From contig OY970325.1 of NCBI GenBank assembly GCA_963717145.1, positions 4,128,001 to 4,192,000 of the forward strand: a DNA stretch of 64,000 bases, written 5' to 3'. The translations under genes were made by a program, and so were the position numbers. Numbering within the stretch: position 1 is the first letter of the stretch; every line of letters begins with the position of its first letter. This document shows positions 8,674 through 18,592 of this stretch, in pieces. The notes beneath the pieces were generated by a model. The model was given only the letters and a program-made list of their open reading frames with translations. It ran no database searches and had not been told where the DNA came from. The DNA is from an uncultured Armatimonadetes bacterium. GTDB taxonomy: Bacteria; Armatimonadota; UBA5829; DTJY01.

Positions 8674-9939
8674 CTACTCCGGCAACTTGGATCCCTTGGT
8701 TTCAGGGACGAACCAGATCAGGACCAGGCCGATCACATAGACAAAAGCCATCGTAGTGCCCGCGCGCTCGAACGAGCCGCCGAAGACCTTACTGAGTTGC
8801 CCGAATCCCATGAGGATCGCCGCCGCCGCTACGACTCGCCCGATGTTGAACGAGATACCCTCGCCGGTCGAGCGAATGCGCGTCGGGAACAGCTCGGGCA
8901 GATAGAGTGGCAGCCACCCGAAGAAGCTGGTCGTGAAGACTCCCGCGATCGCGGCCAGAACGAGCAGTCGCAGGCTGTATCCATCGGTGAACTGGAAGAC
9001 GAGGATCGCCGAGGCAAGGCTGGTGAGGCAGAAGATCGCGTAAGACCACCTGCGCCCAAACCAGTCGGCCGCCGGGCCGCCGAGGAATGACCCGGCGATC
9101 TGCCCGAATGCCATCCACATCGCTGCGACCGCCCCCGCCGCCAGTTTCTCCTTGATTGCATCCGGAGGGAACATGTTCTGCACCCAGGTCGGGATAAGCT
9201 GGAAGACGCCCCAAGTACCGATCACAGCAACCGATGACAGCAGACAGGCCATGATCATATTCCGCCGAAGAGCGGGTTCGAGAAGCTGCTTCAGGTCGGG
9301 CCGCTCACCCCGCTCACGCGCCTGTACCCACTTCGCGGGCTCCTTGATACAGCATCGGATCGGGAAGGAGAGGAGGGCCGGAACGAGCCCGATGCAAAAG
9401 ATGAGACGCCAGCCGAGGTGATTGAAATTGAGATTGACGAGCGAGCTGATGAGAAATCCGACGTTTGCCGAGCTGCCGAGGAGTCCTGCCAGGAGCGGGC
9501 GTTTCGCATTCGGCCAAGTCTCCATCACCAGTGCGACCCCGAGTCCCCACTCGCCGCCAAGACCCATCGCGCCGATGAACCGGCAGATGCCGAACTGCCA
9601 GGCGGTCTGGGATAGCGCGCTCAGTCCCGTGAAGACCGAGTACAGAATGACGGTGATGATCATCGTCTTCACGCGGCCGATTTTGTCACCGAGTCGCCCG
9701 AAGATGAACCCGCCGGCCGATGCTCCGAGCAGGAAGAGGGCGAACATGTATCCCGCATACTGGGTGATCATCCCCTTGTCAGTGGTGTGCAGGAGATCTC
9801 TCAGCGCCGGCTGTGCCAGTACGGAGTAGAGACCCATCTCCATGCCATCGAACATCCATCCCAGCCACGCCACAATCAGGATCAGCCAGAGAGTGCCGGT
9901 ACTGGTCCGCTCAGCCTTGTCAACCGCCATATCGCTCAT
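8674..9939 (-). CDS. MFS transporter
   Basis: GRLGDKIGR motif A, GLGGEW, ELFPTRIRSTG, ~12 TM. Confidence 0.93.
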   Translation of the reverse strand: MSDMAVDKAERTSTGTLWLILIVAWLGWMFDGMEMGLYSVLAQPALRDLLHTTDKGMITQYAGYMFALFLLGASAGGFIFGRLGDKIGRVKTMIITVILYSVFTGLSALSQTAWQFGICRFIGAMGLGGEWGLGVALVMETWPNAKRPLLAGLLGSSANVGFLISSLVNLNFNHLGWRLIFCIGLVPALLSFPIRCCIKEPAKWVQARERGERPDLKQLLEPALRRNMIMACLLSSVAVIGTWGVFQLIPTWVQNMFPPDAIKEKLAAGAVAAMWMAFGQIAGSFLGGPAADWFGRRWSYAIFCLTSLASAILVFQFTDGYSLRLLVLAAIAGVFTTSFFGWLPLYLPELFPTRIRSTGEGISFNIGRVVAAAAILMGFGQLSKVFGGSFERAGTTMAFVYVIGLVLIWFVPETKGSKLPE

Positions 9940-10005
9940 TTGGTCCTCGCTCCATGGTTAAGTGTGGTAGTAAGCCGGCCCTATGGTATCGCGTCCGGCT
10001 CATGG

Positions 10006-11378
10006 TGTCAACATGGCGAATTGCTTCACGAACGATGTTACCGAAACGGAAACGTTGCCTCAGATAAGAATGTTACCGAAACTGAGGCATGGAGAAGATG
10101 ACAACTGCATCCGTAAGAGAAGTCGTGAGGCGCAAACGCAAAGAATATGGCAAAGCCACCAAATCGGAGAAGAAGCTGGTATTGAGTGAAGTCCAGGGAT
10201 TGACCGGTTACCACAGGAAGTCGCTGGTGAGGCTGTTCGCGAAAGGAGTTCCACCAGCGAGGAGTCCAGTGAGACGCGCAAGGAAGTCGAAATACGAGCC
10301 GATAGCCCACAAGCTGAAGACACTCTGGGCTGCGAGTTTCTACGCGTGCGGTAAGCGTCTGCAGCCGTTTCTGACTGAGTTTCTACCCATACTGGAGTCA
10401 TTCGGGGAGATAACGGTTACACCAGAAGAAGAGAGGCTGCTTAACTCGATCAGCGCGTCGAGCATCGACAGGTTGATGAAGAAGGAGCGGTCTGCCCTAT
10501 CGCTAACAGGGAGGACCTTAACAAAGCCGGGGACACTGCTTCGGTCTCAGATCCCGGTGAGGACGTTTGCCGACTGGGATGAAGCTGAGCCTGGGTTCTT
10601 CGAGATGGACTTGGTGGGTCATTGCGGAGGTGACGGGAGCGGAGAGTTCCTGTATACTTTGACTATGACTGATGTAGCGACCGGATGGGTAGCGCTTGAT
10701 GGAATGAAAGGCCGAGGGGAGCACGGAACCGTGCTTGCGGTGCAGTCCGCGTCCAAGAGCGCACCGTTTGCAGTCAGAGGCATAGATACCGACAACGGCG
10801 GCGAGTTCATCAACCATCACATGAACAAGTACTGTCGAGCGCACAGGATCACGTTTACGCGCAGTCGGCCTTACAAGAAGAACGATCAATGTCATGTAGA
10901 GCAGAAGAACTGGAGCGTAGTCCGGCAGTTTATAGGTTACCGGCGATTCGAGACGGACGAGCAGCTTGCGGTACTAAAGGCGATATATCCGCTGATCGTG
11001 GCGTATCACAACTTCTGTCAGCCCATGATGCGTCTTAAAGAAAAGGAGCGGATTGGGAGTAAAGTGATCAAACGCTATGAGCCTGCGATGACGCCGTACC
11101 GCAAGCTGATAAGTGTTGAAGGATGGCTTGACGATGAAGCAAAGGATCGCCTCGATAAAGAACGTAGAGCGACGAACCCGGTGGAGCTACTAAGACGCAT
11201 CCACAGGCTATCATCAAAGCTTGACAGGATGCCGAACAAAGACAGATCGAAAGCGAGCAAGGCGCGGCCCTGAGCGGCGATCAAGAGCCGATCTGACATA
11301 CTTGAACACACTACTTGGTAACATTATCAATGACGCAACGAATGGCGTTTCGGTAACAAAGTTAAATGAGGCAACACG
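10006..11378 (+). mobile_element. IS element with rve/DDE transposase (ISNCY/ISLbi1-like), subterminal repeats
   Basis: Repeated TTGC.TCA..N..TGTTACCGAAAC motifs, two at each end in inverted orientation; CATGG flanks at 10001-10005 and 11379-11383; exact ends uncertain. Confidence 0.75.
10089..11273 (+). CDS. Integrase-core (rve) DDE transposase
   Basis: FEMDLVGHCG, TDVATGW, DTDNGGEF, FTRSRPYKKNDQCHVEQKN. Confidence 0.93.
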   Translation: MEKMTTASVREVVRRKRKEYGKATKSEKKLVLSEVQGLTGYHRKSLVRLFAKGVPPARSPVRRARKSKYEPIAHKLKTLWAASFYACGKRLQPFLTEFLPILESFGEITVTPEEERLLNSISASSIDRLMKKERSALSLTGRTLTKPGTLLRSQIPVRTFADWDEAEPGFFEMDLVGHCGGDGSGEFLYTLTMTDVATGWVALDGMKGRGEHGTVLAVQSASKSAPFAVRGIDTDNGGEFINHHMNKYCRAHRITFTRSRPYKKNDQCHVEQKNWSVVRQFIGYRRFETDEQLAVLKAIYPLIVAYHNFCQPMMRLKEKERIGSKVIKRYEPAMTPYRKLISVEGWLDDEAKDRLDKERRATNPVELLRRIHRLSSKLDRMPNKDRSKASKARP

Positions 11379-11400
11379 CATGGCGATCAGACGACAGAGC

Positions 11401-11464
11401 CTGTAGGGGCGTGCCTTGTGCCGCCTCGTAGTGGCGTCGGGCGGCACAAGGCACGCCCCTACAG
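11401..11464. repeat. REP-like palindrome (GTAGGGGCGTGCCTTGTGCCGCC family)
   Basis: ctgtaggggcgtgccttgtgccgcc...ggcggcacaaggcacgcccctacag. Confidence 0.9.
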
Positions 11465-11477
11465 ACATGGTCCGCCC

Positions 11478-12197
11478 TCATTCCACGAGCAAGAGCGCCA
11501 CCGGAATCGCGACTCCAAGTAGAAGGTAGAGGAACGATGGCTTGTCCTGCTCCTCGTGCAAGCGTGGGAGGATGTTGGCGGTCGCAACGTAGATGAACGA
11601 ACCGGCGGCGATCCCGAGCAGGACCGCCAGGGTGATCTCCGAGACGCCCCTGGTCCAGAACCAGGCGCCGAACGCGCCGATGGGAGTCGCCACTGCCACC
11701 AACGTGGACAGGAGCAGCGTCAAACCGCGTCGGTACCCGGCTGCGCTGAACATCGAGACCGATGTTACGCCCTCCGGTACTTCATGGGCGATGACGGCGA
11801 TCGCCGCGGTGAGTCCGAGTGCGGAGGATACTCGCAGTCCGGCGGCTATCGCCACCCCATCGACCAGGCTATGGACTGTCAGGGCCACGAACGCCATCGT
11901 GCCTATGACGCCGACTTTGCATGTCGAATGATTCGTACACGACCTCGAATGGATGAACTGCTCGATCGCGATGAACACGAGGAAACTGCCGAGCATCGCC
12001 CATCCGGCGGGGATAGCCGCTCGCTCGATCGAACCGGGCATGAGGTGCAGGAACGCCGTGCCGATGAGCACGCCCGAGCCGAAGCCCATCAGCCGGGTGA
12101 TCGTCCGTCGAGGCATCTGGCCCCGCGCGAGAACGGCGAGCGCCCCGATGAGCGTCGCAATCCCCGCCCCCAGGCTGTAGATGGTGAGTTGGACCAA
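11478..12197 (-). CDS. ZIP family metal transporter
   Basis: HSLVDG and HEVPEG signature motifs, hydrophobic. Confidence 0.92.
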   Translation of the reverse strand: MVQLTIYSLGAGIATLIGALAVLARGQMPRRTITRLMGFGSGVLIGTAFLHLMPGSIERAAIPAGWAMLGSFLVFIAIEQFIHSRSCTNHSTCKVGVIGTMAFVALTVHSLVDGVAIAAGLRVSSALGLTAAIAVIAHEVPEGVTSVSMFSAAGYRRGLTLLLSTLVAVATPIGAFGAWFWTRGVSEITLAVLLGIAAGSFIYVATANILPRLHEEQDKPSFLYLLLGVAIPVALLLVE

Positions 12198-12224
12198 GCG
12201 CGCCTCTCAGTTCGGCCACGGGAG

Positions 12225-13268
12225 TTATGTGACCGTGATCCTTCCCGGGAGGTCTTCGGTGATCTCACCGATGACCGCTGCGATCGGGACGCCCGCCTGG
12301 ATGAGCGCCATGACGAGCGCGTCGGCCTTCTCGGGCGCGACGGCCATCAGCAGTCCGCCGGACGTCTGAGGGTCGCAAAGGATGAGCTGGGAGACCTCGT
12401 CGATCCCCGGGCCGAACGTCACGTCGGCGGCGATGAACTCCCTGTTCCGATATGCGCCTCCGGGGATCATGTCCTGCTCGGCCAGCGCGCGGACGTCCGA
12501 GAGAAGCGGGATCTTCGACAGCCTGATCGCTGCCCCCAGCTTGCTCGCGGTACACATCTCCCAGAGGTGGCCGAGCAGCCCGAAGCCGGTGACGTCGGTG
12601 CAGGCGTCCACCCCGATGTCGGACATGACGAGCGAGGCGTCGCGGTTGAGCGTCTTCATCAGTTCGATCGCTTCCCGGACCGTCGGCGCTGAGGCGACGC
12701 CCGGCTTGATCGCTCCGGTGACGATCCCAATCCCCAGAGGCTTGGTGAGAATGAGCTTGTCGCCCTTGACCGCGCCGGCATTCCTGACTATTGCGTCCGG
12801 ATGAGTGAACCCGATGACGGCCATGCCGTACTTCGGCTCGGGGTCATCGATCGTGTGGCCGCCAACGATGCTGACCTTCGCCTTCTGAGCCTGCTCAGCG
12901 CCGCCCTGCAGGATCTCGTCGAGCACGTAGACCGGCAATGTGTGCACGGGAAAGCCGACGATGTTGAGCGCGATCGCGGGCTGAACTCCCATCGCGTAAC
13001 AGTCGCTCATGGCATTCGTGGCGGCGATGGCGCCGAAGTCGCGCGGGTCGTCCACGATAGGCGTGAAGTAGTCTACCGTGAACGCGATGGCGAGGTCGTC
13101 CCGGATCTTGTAGACCGCGGCGTCATCGGCGGTGTTCATGCCGACGAGCACCTTCGGATCGACTATCGGGGGTAGGTGACGCAGAACCTGCGCCAGGTCC
13201 TTAGGACCGACTTTACACCCTCACCCACCGCCGGTTGTGTATGCCGTCAGCCTGATCTTCTCGGTCAT
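12225..13268 (-). CDS. selD: Selenide, water dikinase, selenocysteine-containing (in-frame TGA at 13221-13223)
   Basis: MTEKIRLTAYTTGGG-TGA-GCKVGPKDLAQVL continues in frame into ADDAAVY, DYFTPIVDDP, GGHTIDD, TDVTGFGLLGH, DPQTSGGLL. Confidence 0.95.
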
Positions 13269-13282
13269 TCGCGTCTGCCCTT

Positions 13283-13530
13283 CCTACTCATACTCATACT
13301 CATACTCGTACTCAAACCGCCGTGGGTTCGGGCGGATTTGCAGTCCGGCCCGTATTGGCAATCCGGGGATCTGTGATTCCAAGGCACCCGGGATGGCATC
13401 ACAGATGCCGGTTTGCCCTCGGGTGCTGGATTTCAAATCCGCACCAACGTGGGTGAAACAGCCGGGCGAAGCATTGGCGTCTGTCTTGCCAGGTCGGTGC
13501 AGTCCGACGGGCCAATGCTTCTCCCCTACA
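13283..13530. repeat. Intergenic repeat mosaic: (TACTCA)n, GCGGATTT..AAATCCGC palindrome, GGGCGAAGCATTGGC-family palindrome
   Basis: Hexamer run 13283-13313; arms match 57211-57231 and 37793-37862. Confidence 0.75.
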
Positions 13531-13542
13531 CGTCTTCGCAGT

Positions 13543-14601
13543 TCATCCCCGGGCCTTCGGCTCATAGACGCAATATGGCTCGGGGGCGAGGTAGTCGCCC
13601 GTTATGCCGTATGCCCGGGCGCGGCATCCCATGCAGACGCGCTTGTACTCGCAGATCCCGCACTTGCCCTCCAGGTTGTTCTCGTCCCGAAGGTCCTGGA
13701 AAACCTTCGCATTCTCCCAGATGTCCTTGAAGTTATCCCGCCGAACGTTGCCCGCCGAAACCGGAAGGTATCCGCAAGGATATACCTCTCCGACGTGCGA
13801 GACGAAGCAGACCGCCGAGCCCGCGAGACATCCCTTCGTCATCGCCTCGAAGCCGTGAGTCTCCGGCGTGATGCGGATGCCCTCCTCCTTCGCGCGCTGA
13901 CGCATGACCCGGAAGTAGTGCGGCGCGCAGGTCGCCTTCAGGGCGATCCCGGCGTCCTTCGAGCGGTCGTAGAACCAGTTCAGCACGCGTTCGTATTCGT
14001 CCGGACGGATCATCTCCTCGTCGGCGATCTCCTTCCCGCATCCCGTCGGCACGAGGAGGAACATGTGAAGCGCGACCGCTCCCCGCTCCTTCGCGAGTTC
14101 GAGGATGGCGGGGATTTCGTCGATATTGTGCCGGGTGACCGTCGTGTTGATCTGGAACGGAATGCCCTCGGCTTTGATAAGCTCTATGCCCTCCCAGGCG
14201 CAGTCGAATGCGCCGGGAAGTCGCCGGAACGAGTCGTGCGACTCAGAGGCTGCTCCGTCGATGCTCACGCTGACCCGCTGGACGCCGGACTCGCGGATCT
14301 TCCTCGCGATCTCGGGCGTTACGAGCGTGCCGTTGGTGGCGAGTGCGACCTTCAGCCCGGCCTCGTTGGCATAGGAGGCGATCTCGAATATGTCCGGCCG
14401 CACGAGCGGTTCTCCACCGCTCAGGACGAGCACCGGCTTGGCGACCGACGCGATCTGGTCGATGAGCGTCTTCGACTCCTCGAGCGTCAGGTCGTCGGGC
14501 GGTCGCTCCTCGACGGGACACGCGCGGCAATGGATGCACTTCAGGTTGCACGCCGTAGTTGTCTCCCAGAACACGAGCCTGGGTATGAATTCGTGATGCA
14601 C
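13543..14601 (-). CDS. Radical SAM/SPASM protein, AhbD/NirJ-like (heme b synthase-like)
   Basis: WETTTACNLKCIHCRA, SGGEPL, TCAPHYFR, GCLAG..CFVSHVGEVYPCGY, KCGICEYKRVCMGCRARA. Confidence 0.85.
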   Translation of the reverse strand: MHHEFIPRLVFWETTTACNLKCIHCRACPVEERPPDDLTLEESKTLIDQIASVAKPVLVLSGGEPLVRPDIFEIASYANEAGLKVALATNGTLVTPEIARKIRESGVQRVSVSIDGAASESHDSFRRLPGAFDCAWEGIELIKAEGIPFQINTTVTRHNIDEIPAILELAKERGAVALHMFLLVPTGCGKEIADEEMIRPDEYERVLNWFYDRSKDAGIALKATCAPHYFRVMRQRAKEEGIRITPETHGFEAMTKGCLAGSAVCFVSHVGEVYPCGYLPVSAGNVRRDNFKDIWENAKVFQDLRDENNLEGKCGICEYKRVCMGCRARAYGITGDYLAPEPYCVYEPKARG

Positions 14602-14684
14602 TTGATACTCCTTCAGAACGGACTTGATGACAGCCGATTATACCATTGCGACGGCGGAGAGTCCATCCATGTTACAATACGCGT

Positions 14685-15113
14685 ATGGCAAACCTGTCAA
14701 CCCGACGGCCAGTACCCGCCGTGGCGGCTGTGATAATCGAGGACGGAAAGCTGCTTCTTATCAGGCGTGGTGTGGAGCCGTCGAAGGGCAAGTGGTCGGT
14801 GCCCGGCGGGAGCGTCGAGTGGGGCGAGTCGCTCATGGATGCGGTCAAGCGCGAGGTCCGCGAGGAGACCGGCCTCGAGATCGAGGTCGGCAAGGTCGCG
14901 GGCGCCCTCGATCTCCGCACCGAGGGCGCTGACGGCGTCTCCTACCACTATGTCATCATCGACTACTTCGCGCGTCCGACCGGCGGCGAACTCGGTCCCG
15001 GCGACGATGCGTCCGACGCCCGCTGGGTTTCCCTCGACGAGTTGGATTCCTACGATCTTACCGCGCATCTCCGCGAACGGCTGGGGGAGATGGGCGTGAT
15101 GGCTGATGGTTGA
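14685..15113 (+). CDS. NUDIX hydrolase
   Basis: GGSVEWGESLMDAVKREVREETG Nudix box. Confidence 0.93.
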   Translation: MANLSTRRPVPAVAAVIIEDGKLLLIRRGVEPSKGKWSVPGGSVEWGESLMDAVKREVREETGLEIEVGKVAGALDLRTEGADGVSYHYVIIDYFARPTGGELGPGDDASDARWVSLDELDSYDLTAHLRERLGEMGVMADG

Positions 15114-15272
15114 TGGTTCATGGGGAATGGCTGATCCTGAACCGCCAATACTCCCACACTCCCATACTCCCTCCCCCATTCCCCCATAAACCATCAACCA
15201 TTCCCGAATGACCCTCCCGCAATCTGGGTACAATCTTCCGTAAGCTCATCATGCTTGTGGGAGGACTCAGCG

Positions 15273-16499
15273 ATGTGGCAGGAGTCGTATAAGTACATCA
15301 TTGTCGGCGGCGGACAGGCCGGTGGGTTGGCGGTCGAGGGCATCAGGGAGCACGACCAGGACGGCTCGATCCTCATGATCGCCTCGGAGCAGTGGCTCCC
15401 TCATGAACGCCCCCCGCTCTCGAAGAAGCTCTGGACGGGCAAACAGACGATCAACGATGTCTTCTTCCAGGACACCGAGTTCTACAACCGGAACGGCGTC
15501 GATCTGGGCCTCGGCGAGAAGGTCATCAAGGTCGATCCCGCCGCGCGGACCGTGACGACCGAGCACGGTCATCAGCACCACTACGAGAAGCTCCTTCTCG
15601 CCACCGGTGGAACTCCACGCAGGCTCGACATCCCCGGCTGTGACCTCTCAGGGATCTACTACTATCGCCGCCTGGAGGACTTCATCCGCCTGAGGAGGGA
15701 CACGCTCGAGAACACCACGGCGGTCGTCATTGGCGGCGGGTTTATCGGCTCCGAGGTGGCGGCGGCGCTCAGCCTGTTGAAGGCTAACGTGACGATGGTC
15801 TTCCCCGAGCCGTATCTCGTCCACCGGATCTTTCCCGAGGGCTATGGTCGAGCCATGCAGGAGATGTACATCCGGCGCGAGATCGACGTGCTCACAGGTG
15901 ATCTTCCGGTATCGGTGGAGAGAAGTCGCGGTAAGTACATTACGACAACGCAGAATGGCAAACGGCTGGAATCGGACATCCTGCTCGTCGGCGTGGGGAT
16001 CCTGCCGGACGTGAGTCTGGCGGAGTCGGCGGGCATGGATGTGACCAACGGAATTGTGGTGGACGAGTACTGCCGGTCGTCGAACCCCGACATCTACGCA
16101 GCGGGCGACAATGCGTTCTTCCCATACTTGGCGCTCGGCGAGCATATGCGCGTCGAGCACTGGGACCATGCGCTCAATCAGGGCAGGTACGCCGGCATGA
16201 ACATGGCGGGTGCTGATGTGAAGTACGACTACATGCCCTACTTCTGGTCGGACCTGTTCGAATTCGGCTACGAGGCGGTCGGGGAGATCAGTTCGAAGCT
16301 CGATGTCATCGCCGACTGGGAGATAGTGAACGACACGGGCGCGCTGTATTACCTCCGCGATGGAAGGGTCCGCGGCGTGATGACATGCAATATCTACGAC
16401 CGCATGGACGACGCGCGCGACCTGATCCGAAGCGGCGCGCAGTTCACGCCCGACGAGCTTCGAGGGCGCATACGATCGAAGCAGCATCAGGCGGCATAA
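15273..16499 (+). CDS. FAD-dependent NAD(P)H oxidoreductase (ferredoxin reductase-like)
   Basis: IIVGGGQAG, ERPPLSK, LLLATG, VIGGGFIG, YAAGD, PYFWSD. Confidence 0.9.
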   Translation: MWQESYKYIIVGGGQAGGLAVEGIREHDQDGSILMIASEQWLPHERPPLSKKLWTGKQTINDVFFQDTEFYNRNGVDLGLGEKVIKVDPAARTVTTEHGHQHHYEKLLLATGGTPRRLDIPGCDLSGIYYYRRLEDFIRLRRDTLENTTAVVIGGGFIGSEVAAALSLLKANVTMVFPEPYLVHRIFPEGYGRAMQEMYIRREIDVLTGDLPVSVERSRGKYITTTQNGKRLESDILLVGVGILPDVSLAESAGMDVTNGIVVDEYCRSSNPDIYAAGDNAFFPYLALGEHMRVEHWDHALNQGRYAGMNMAGADVKYDYMPYFWSDLFEFGYEAVGEISSKLDVIADWEIVNDTGALYYLRDGRVRGVMTCNIYDRMDDARDLIRSGAQFTPDELRGRIRSKQHQAA

Positions 16500-16517
16500 T
16501 CAGAAAAGGAGAGTACC

Positions 16518-16901
16518 ATGTCATTTCCGATGCGCGAACAGGTAGAGAACATCAAACCAATGGATACCGAGCAGCTTCTCTCGAGGGAGGATGCGGAGTA
16601 CCAGGCGCAGTACGTACCTCAGTGGAAACTGAACGAGAACTCGATCGAGCGGACGTTGACGCTCAAGGACTTCCTTGACGCGATCGATTTCGTGAACCGG
16701 GTCGCTGAAGTTGCGGAGGCTCAGCGCCACCATCCCGACATCCACGTCTCCTACAATAAGGTCCGGCTGGAGAACTCGACGCACAAGGTCGGCGGCCTGA
16801 CGCTGAACGACTTCATCCTGGCGTTGGCGCTTGACCAGGTGGTGGGAGTCGAGAGCCGAAATGCGTCTGTTGTGGAGCTTGGTAACACTGTCGAAGCATA
16901 G
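16518..16901 (+). CDS. Pterin-4a-carbinolamine dehydratase
   Basis: AEAQRHHPDI, STHKVGGLTLNDFILA. Confidence 0.92.
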   Translation: MSFPMREQVENIKPMDTEQLLSREDAEYQAQYVPQWKLNENSIERTLTLKDFLDAIDFVNRVAEVAEAQRHHPDIHVSYNKVRLENSTHKVGGLTLNDFILALALDQVVGVESRNASVVELGNTVEA

Positions 16902-16958
16902 ACGGCGATGAGCTCCGGTAGCGCCGCCGGGCTCTGCTGCCGAAGCATCAAGAGGTTC

Positions 16959-16992
16959 GATCCCCCTGACGACTCCCGTCGTCAGGGGGATC
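16959..16992. repeat. GATCCCCCTGACGACTCCCGTCGTC palindrome family
   Basis: Related copies at 23641-23712 and 27668-27725. Confidence 0.75.
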
Positions 16993-17009
16993 GGAACGGG
17001 GGATGGTTG

Positions 17010-17771
17010 ATGGCTGATGGGGGATGGTTGAAAGGCAAAGCAGTCCTGATTACCGGGGCGGCCAGGCGGATCGGGCGGGCGACGGCGCTCGCGTTTGCCG
17101 ATGAAGGAGCGAACGTCGTCGTTCATTACCGGAGTTCTGCGGACGAGGCGAAGGGTCTTGTCTCAGAGCTTGCCGCGATGGGAGTTCAGTCCTGGATGGT
17201 CCAGGCGGATCTGTCCAAACTGGATGAAACCGAATCGCTCATCGGGCGCGTGTTGGACCTGGCCGGGTCGCTCGATGTGGTGGTGAACAACGCGTCGATC
17301 TTTCCCAACAGTACCCTGGAGACCCTGACCTTCGATGGCCTGATGGATGACATGCGGGTGAACGCCTGGTCTCCGTTCGTGCTGAGCCGGGAGTTCGCGC
17401 GCCTGGTCGGCATGGGCAGGATCGTCAACCTGATCGACTCCCGAGTGAAGGACTACGACTGGACGCACGTGGGCTACATCCTGAGCAAACATGTGCTGTG
17501 GGCGCTGACGAAGATGATGGCGCTCCAGTATGCGCCCGACATCACCGTGAATGGGGTCGCGCCGGGGTTGATCCTTCCGCCGCCGGGGAAGGACGAGAAC
17601 TACCTGGAGAGACTGAAGGATACGGTGCCGCTCCGGGAGGTCGGCGATCCCCGGCACGTGGCGGAGGCGATCGTATACCTTGCGAAGAGCGAGTACGTGA
17701 CCGGCGAGATGATCTTCGTCGACGGCGGCCGGCATCTCAAGCAGTATCTCGATCCGACCAAGCGTCCCTGA
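17010..17771 (+). CDS. SDR, pteridine reductase (FolM/PTR1-like)
   Basis: ITGAARRIG, VNNASIF, YILSK, VNGVAPG; pterin operon context; start uncertain (17010 or 17028). Confidence 0.88.
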   Translation: MADGGWLKGKAVLITGAARRIGRATALAFADEGANVVVHYRSSADEAKGLVSELAAMGVQSWMVQADLSKLDETESLIGRVLDLAGSLDVVVNNASIFPNSTLETLTFDGLMDDMRVNAWSPFVLSREFARLVGMGRIVNLIDSRVKDYDWTHVGYILSKHVLWALTKMMALQYAPDITVNGVAPGLILPPPGKDENYLERLKDTVPLREVGDPRHVAEAIVYLAKSEYVTGEMIFVDGGRHLKQYLDPTKRP

Positions 17772-17872
17772 ATCGCTCGTACTCGTACTCCTAATCGTAA
17801 TCGTACTCCAGAGGTTAGCGAGGTAGGATTCGAGTACGATTACGATTACGAGTAGGAGTAGGAACGAGCGGA

Positions 17873-18226
17873 ATGGACAGAATACTCATCTCCGATATCC
17901 TCGTCCGGTGCATCATCGGCGTTCGGAAAGAAGAGCGCCGGGAGAAGCAGGACGTCACGATCAATATCATCCTGAGCACCGACCTGCGCAAGGCGGGCGA
18001 GTCGGACAGTCTCGAAGACTCGATCGACTACAGCGCGCTCAAGAAGCGGGTCGTCGCCATGACGGAGGAGTCGCGGTTCCACCTCATCGAGGCGCTTGCG
18101 GAACGGATCGCCCGGATATGCCTCGAACATCCACGGGTTGTCGAGGCGCAGGTGAGGGTCGAGAAGCCGACCGCCCTCCGATACGCCCGAAGCGTCGGAG
18201 TCGAGATCAGCCGGGGACGGGAGTAG
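17873..18226 (+). CDS. folB: Dihydroneopterin aldolase
   Basis: IIGV..EERREKQ, SIDYS, LIEALAE, VRVEKP. Confidence 0.93.
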   Translation: MDRILISDILVRCIIGVRKEERREKQDVTINIILSTDLRKAGESDSLEDSIDYSALKKRVVAMTEESRFHLIEALAERIARICLEHPRVVEAQVRVEKPTALRYARSVGVEISRGRE

Positions 18227-18592
18227 GAGTATGGGAGTGTGGGAGTAGGGGGAGTATGGGAGTGTGGGGGTGCCGATGAACGCTGAGAGGGTCCAACAAC
18301 TGGTTAGGGAACTGCTGATCGAGATCGGGGAGGATCCGGACCGCGAGGGCCTGCTCAGGACTCCCGAGCGCGTCGCGGCGTCGTGGGAGTATCTGACCGC
18401 GGGCTATCGGACGGATGCGAACAAGCTGGTCAACGGCGCGATCTTCACCCAGGAGATCGAGAACATGGTGATCGCGCGGGACATCGACTTCTACAGCATG
18501 TGCGAGCACCATCTCCTCCCGATGTTCGGTCGATGCCACATTGGCTACATCCCCAAGAATGGCAAGGTCATCGGGGTCAGCAAGCTGGCTAG

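Noticed and set aside
13237-14733. 498-aa plus-strand ORF
   Set aside because: Antisense to the radical SAM gene and repeats; no motifs
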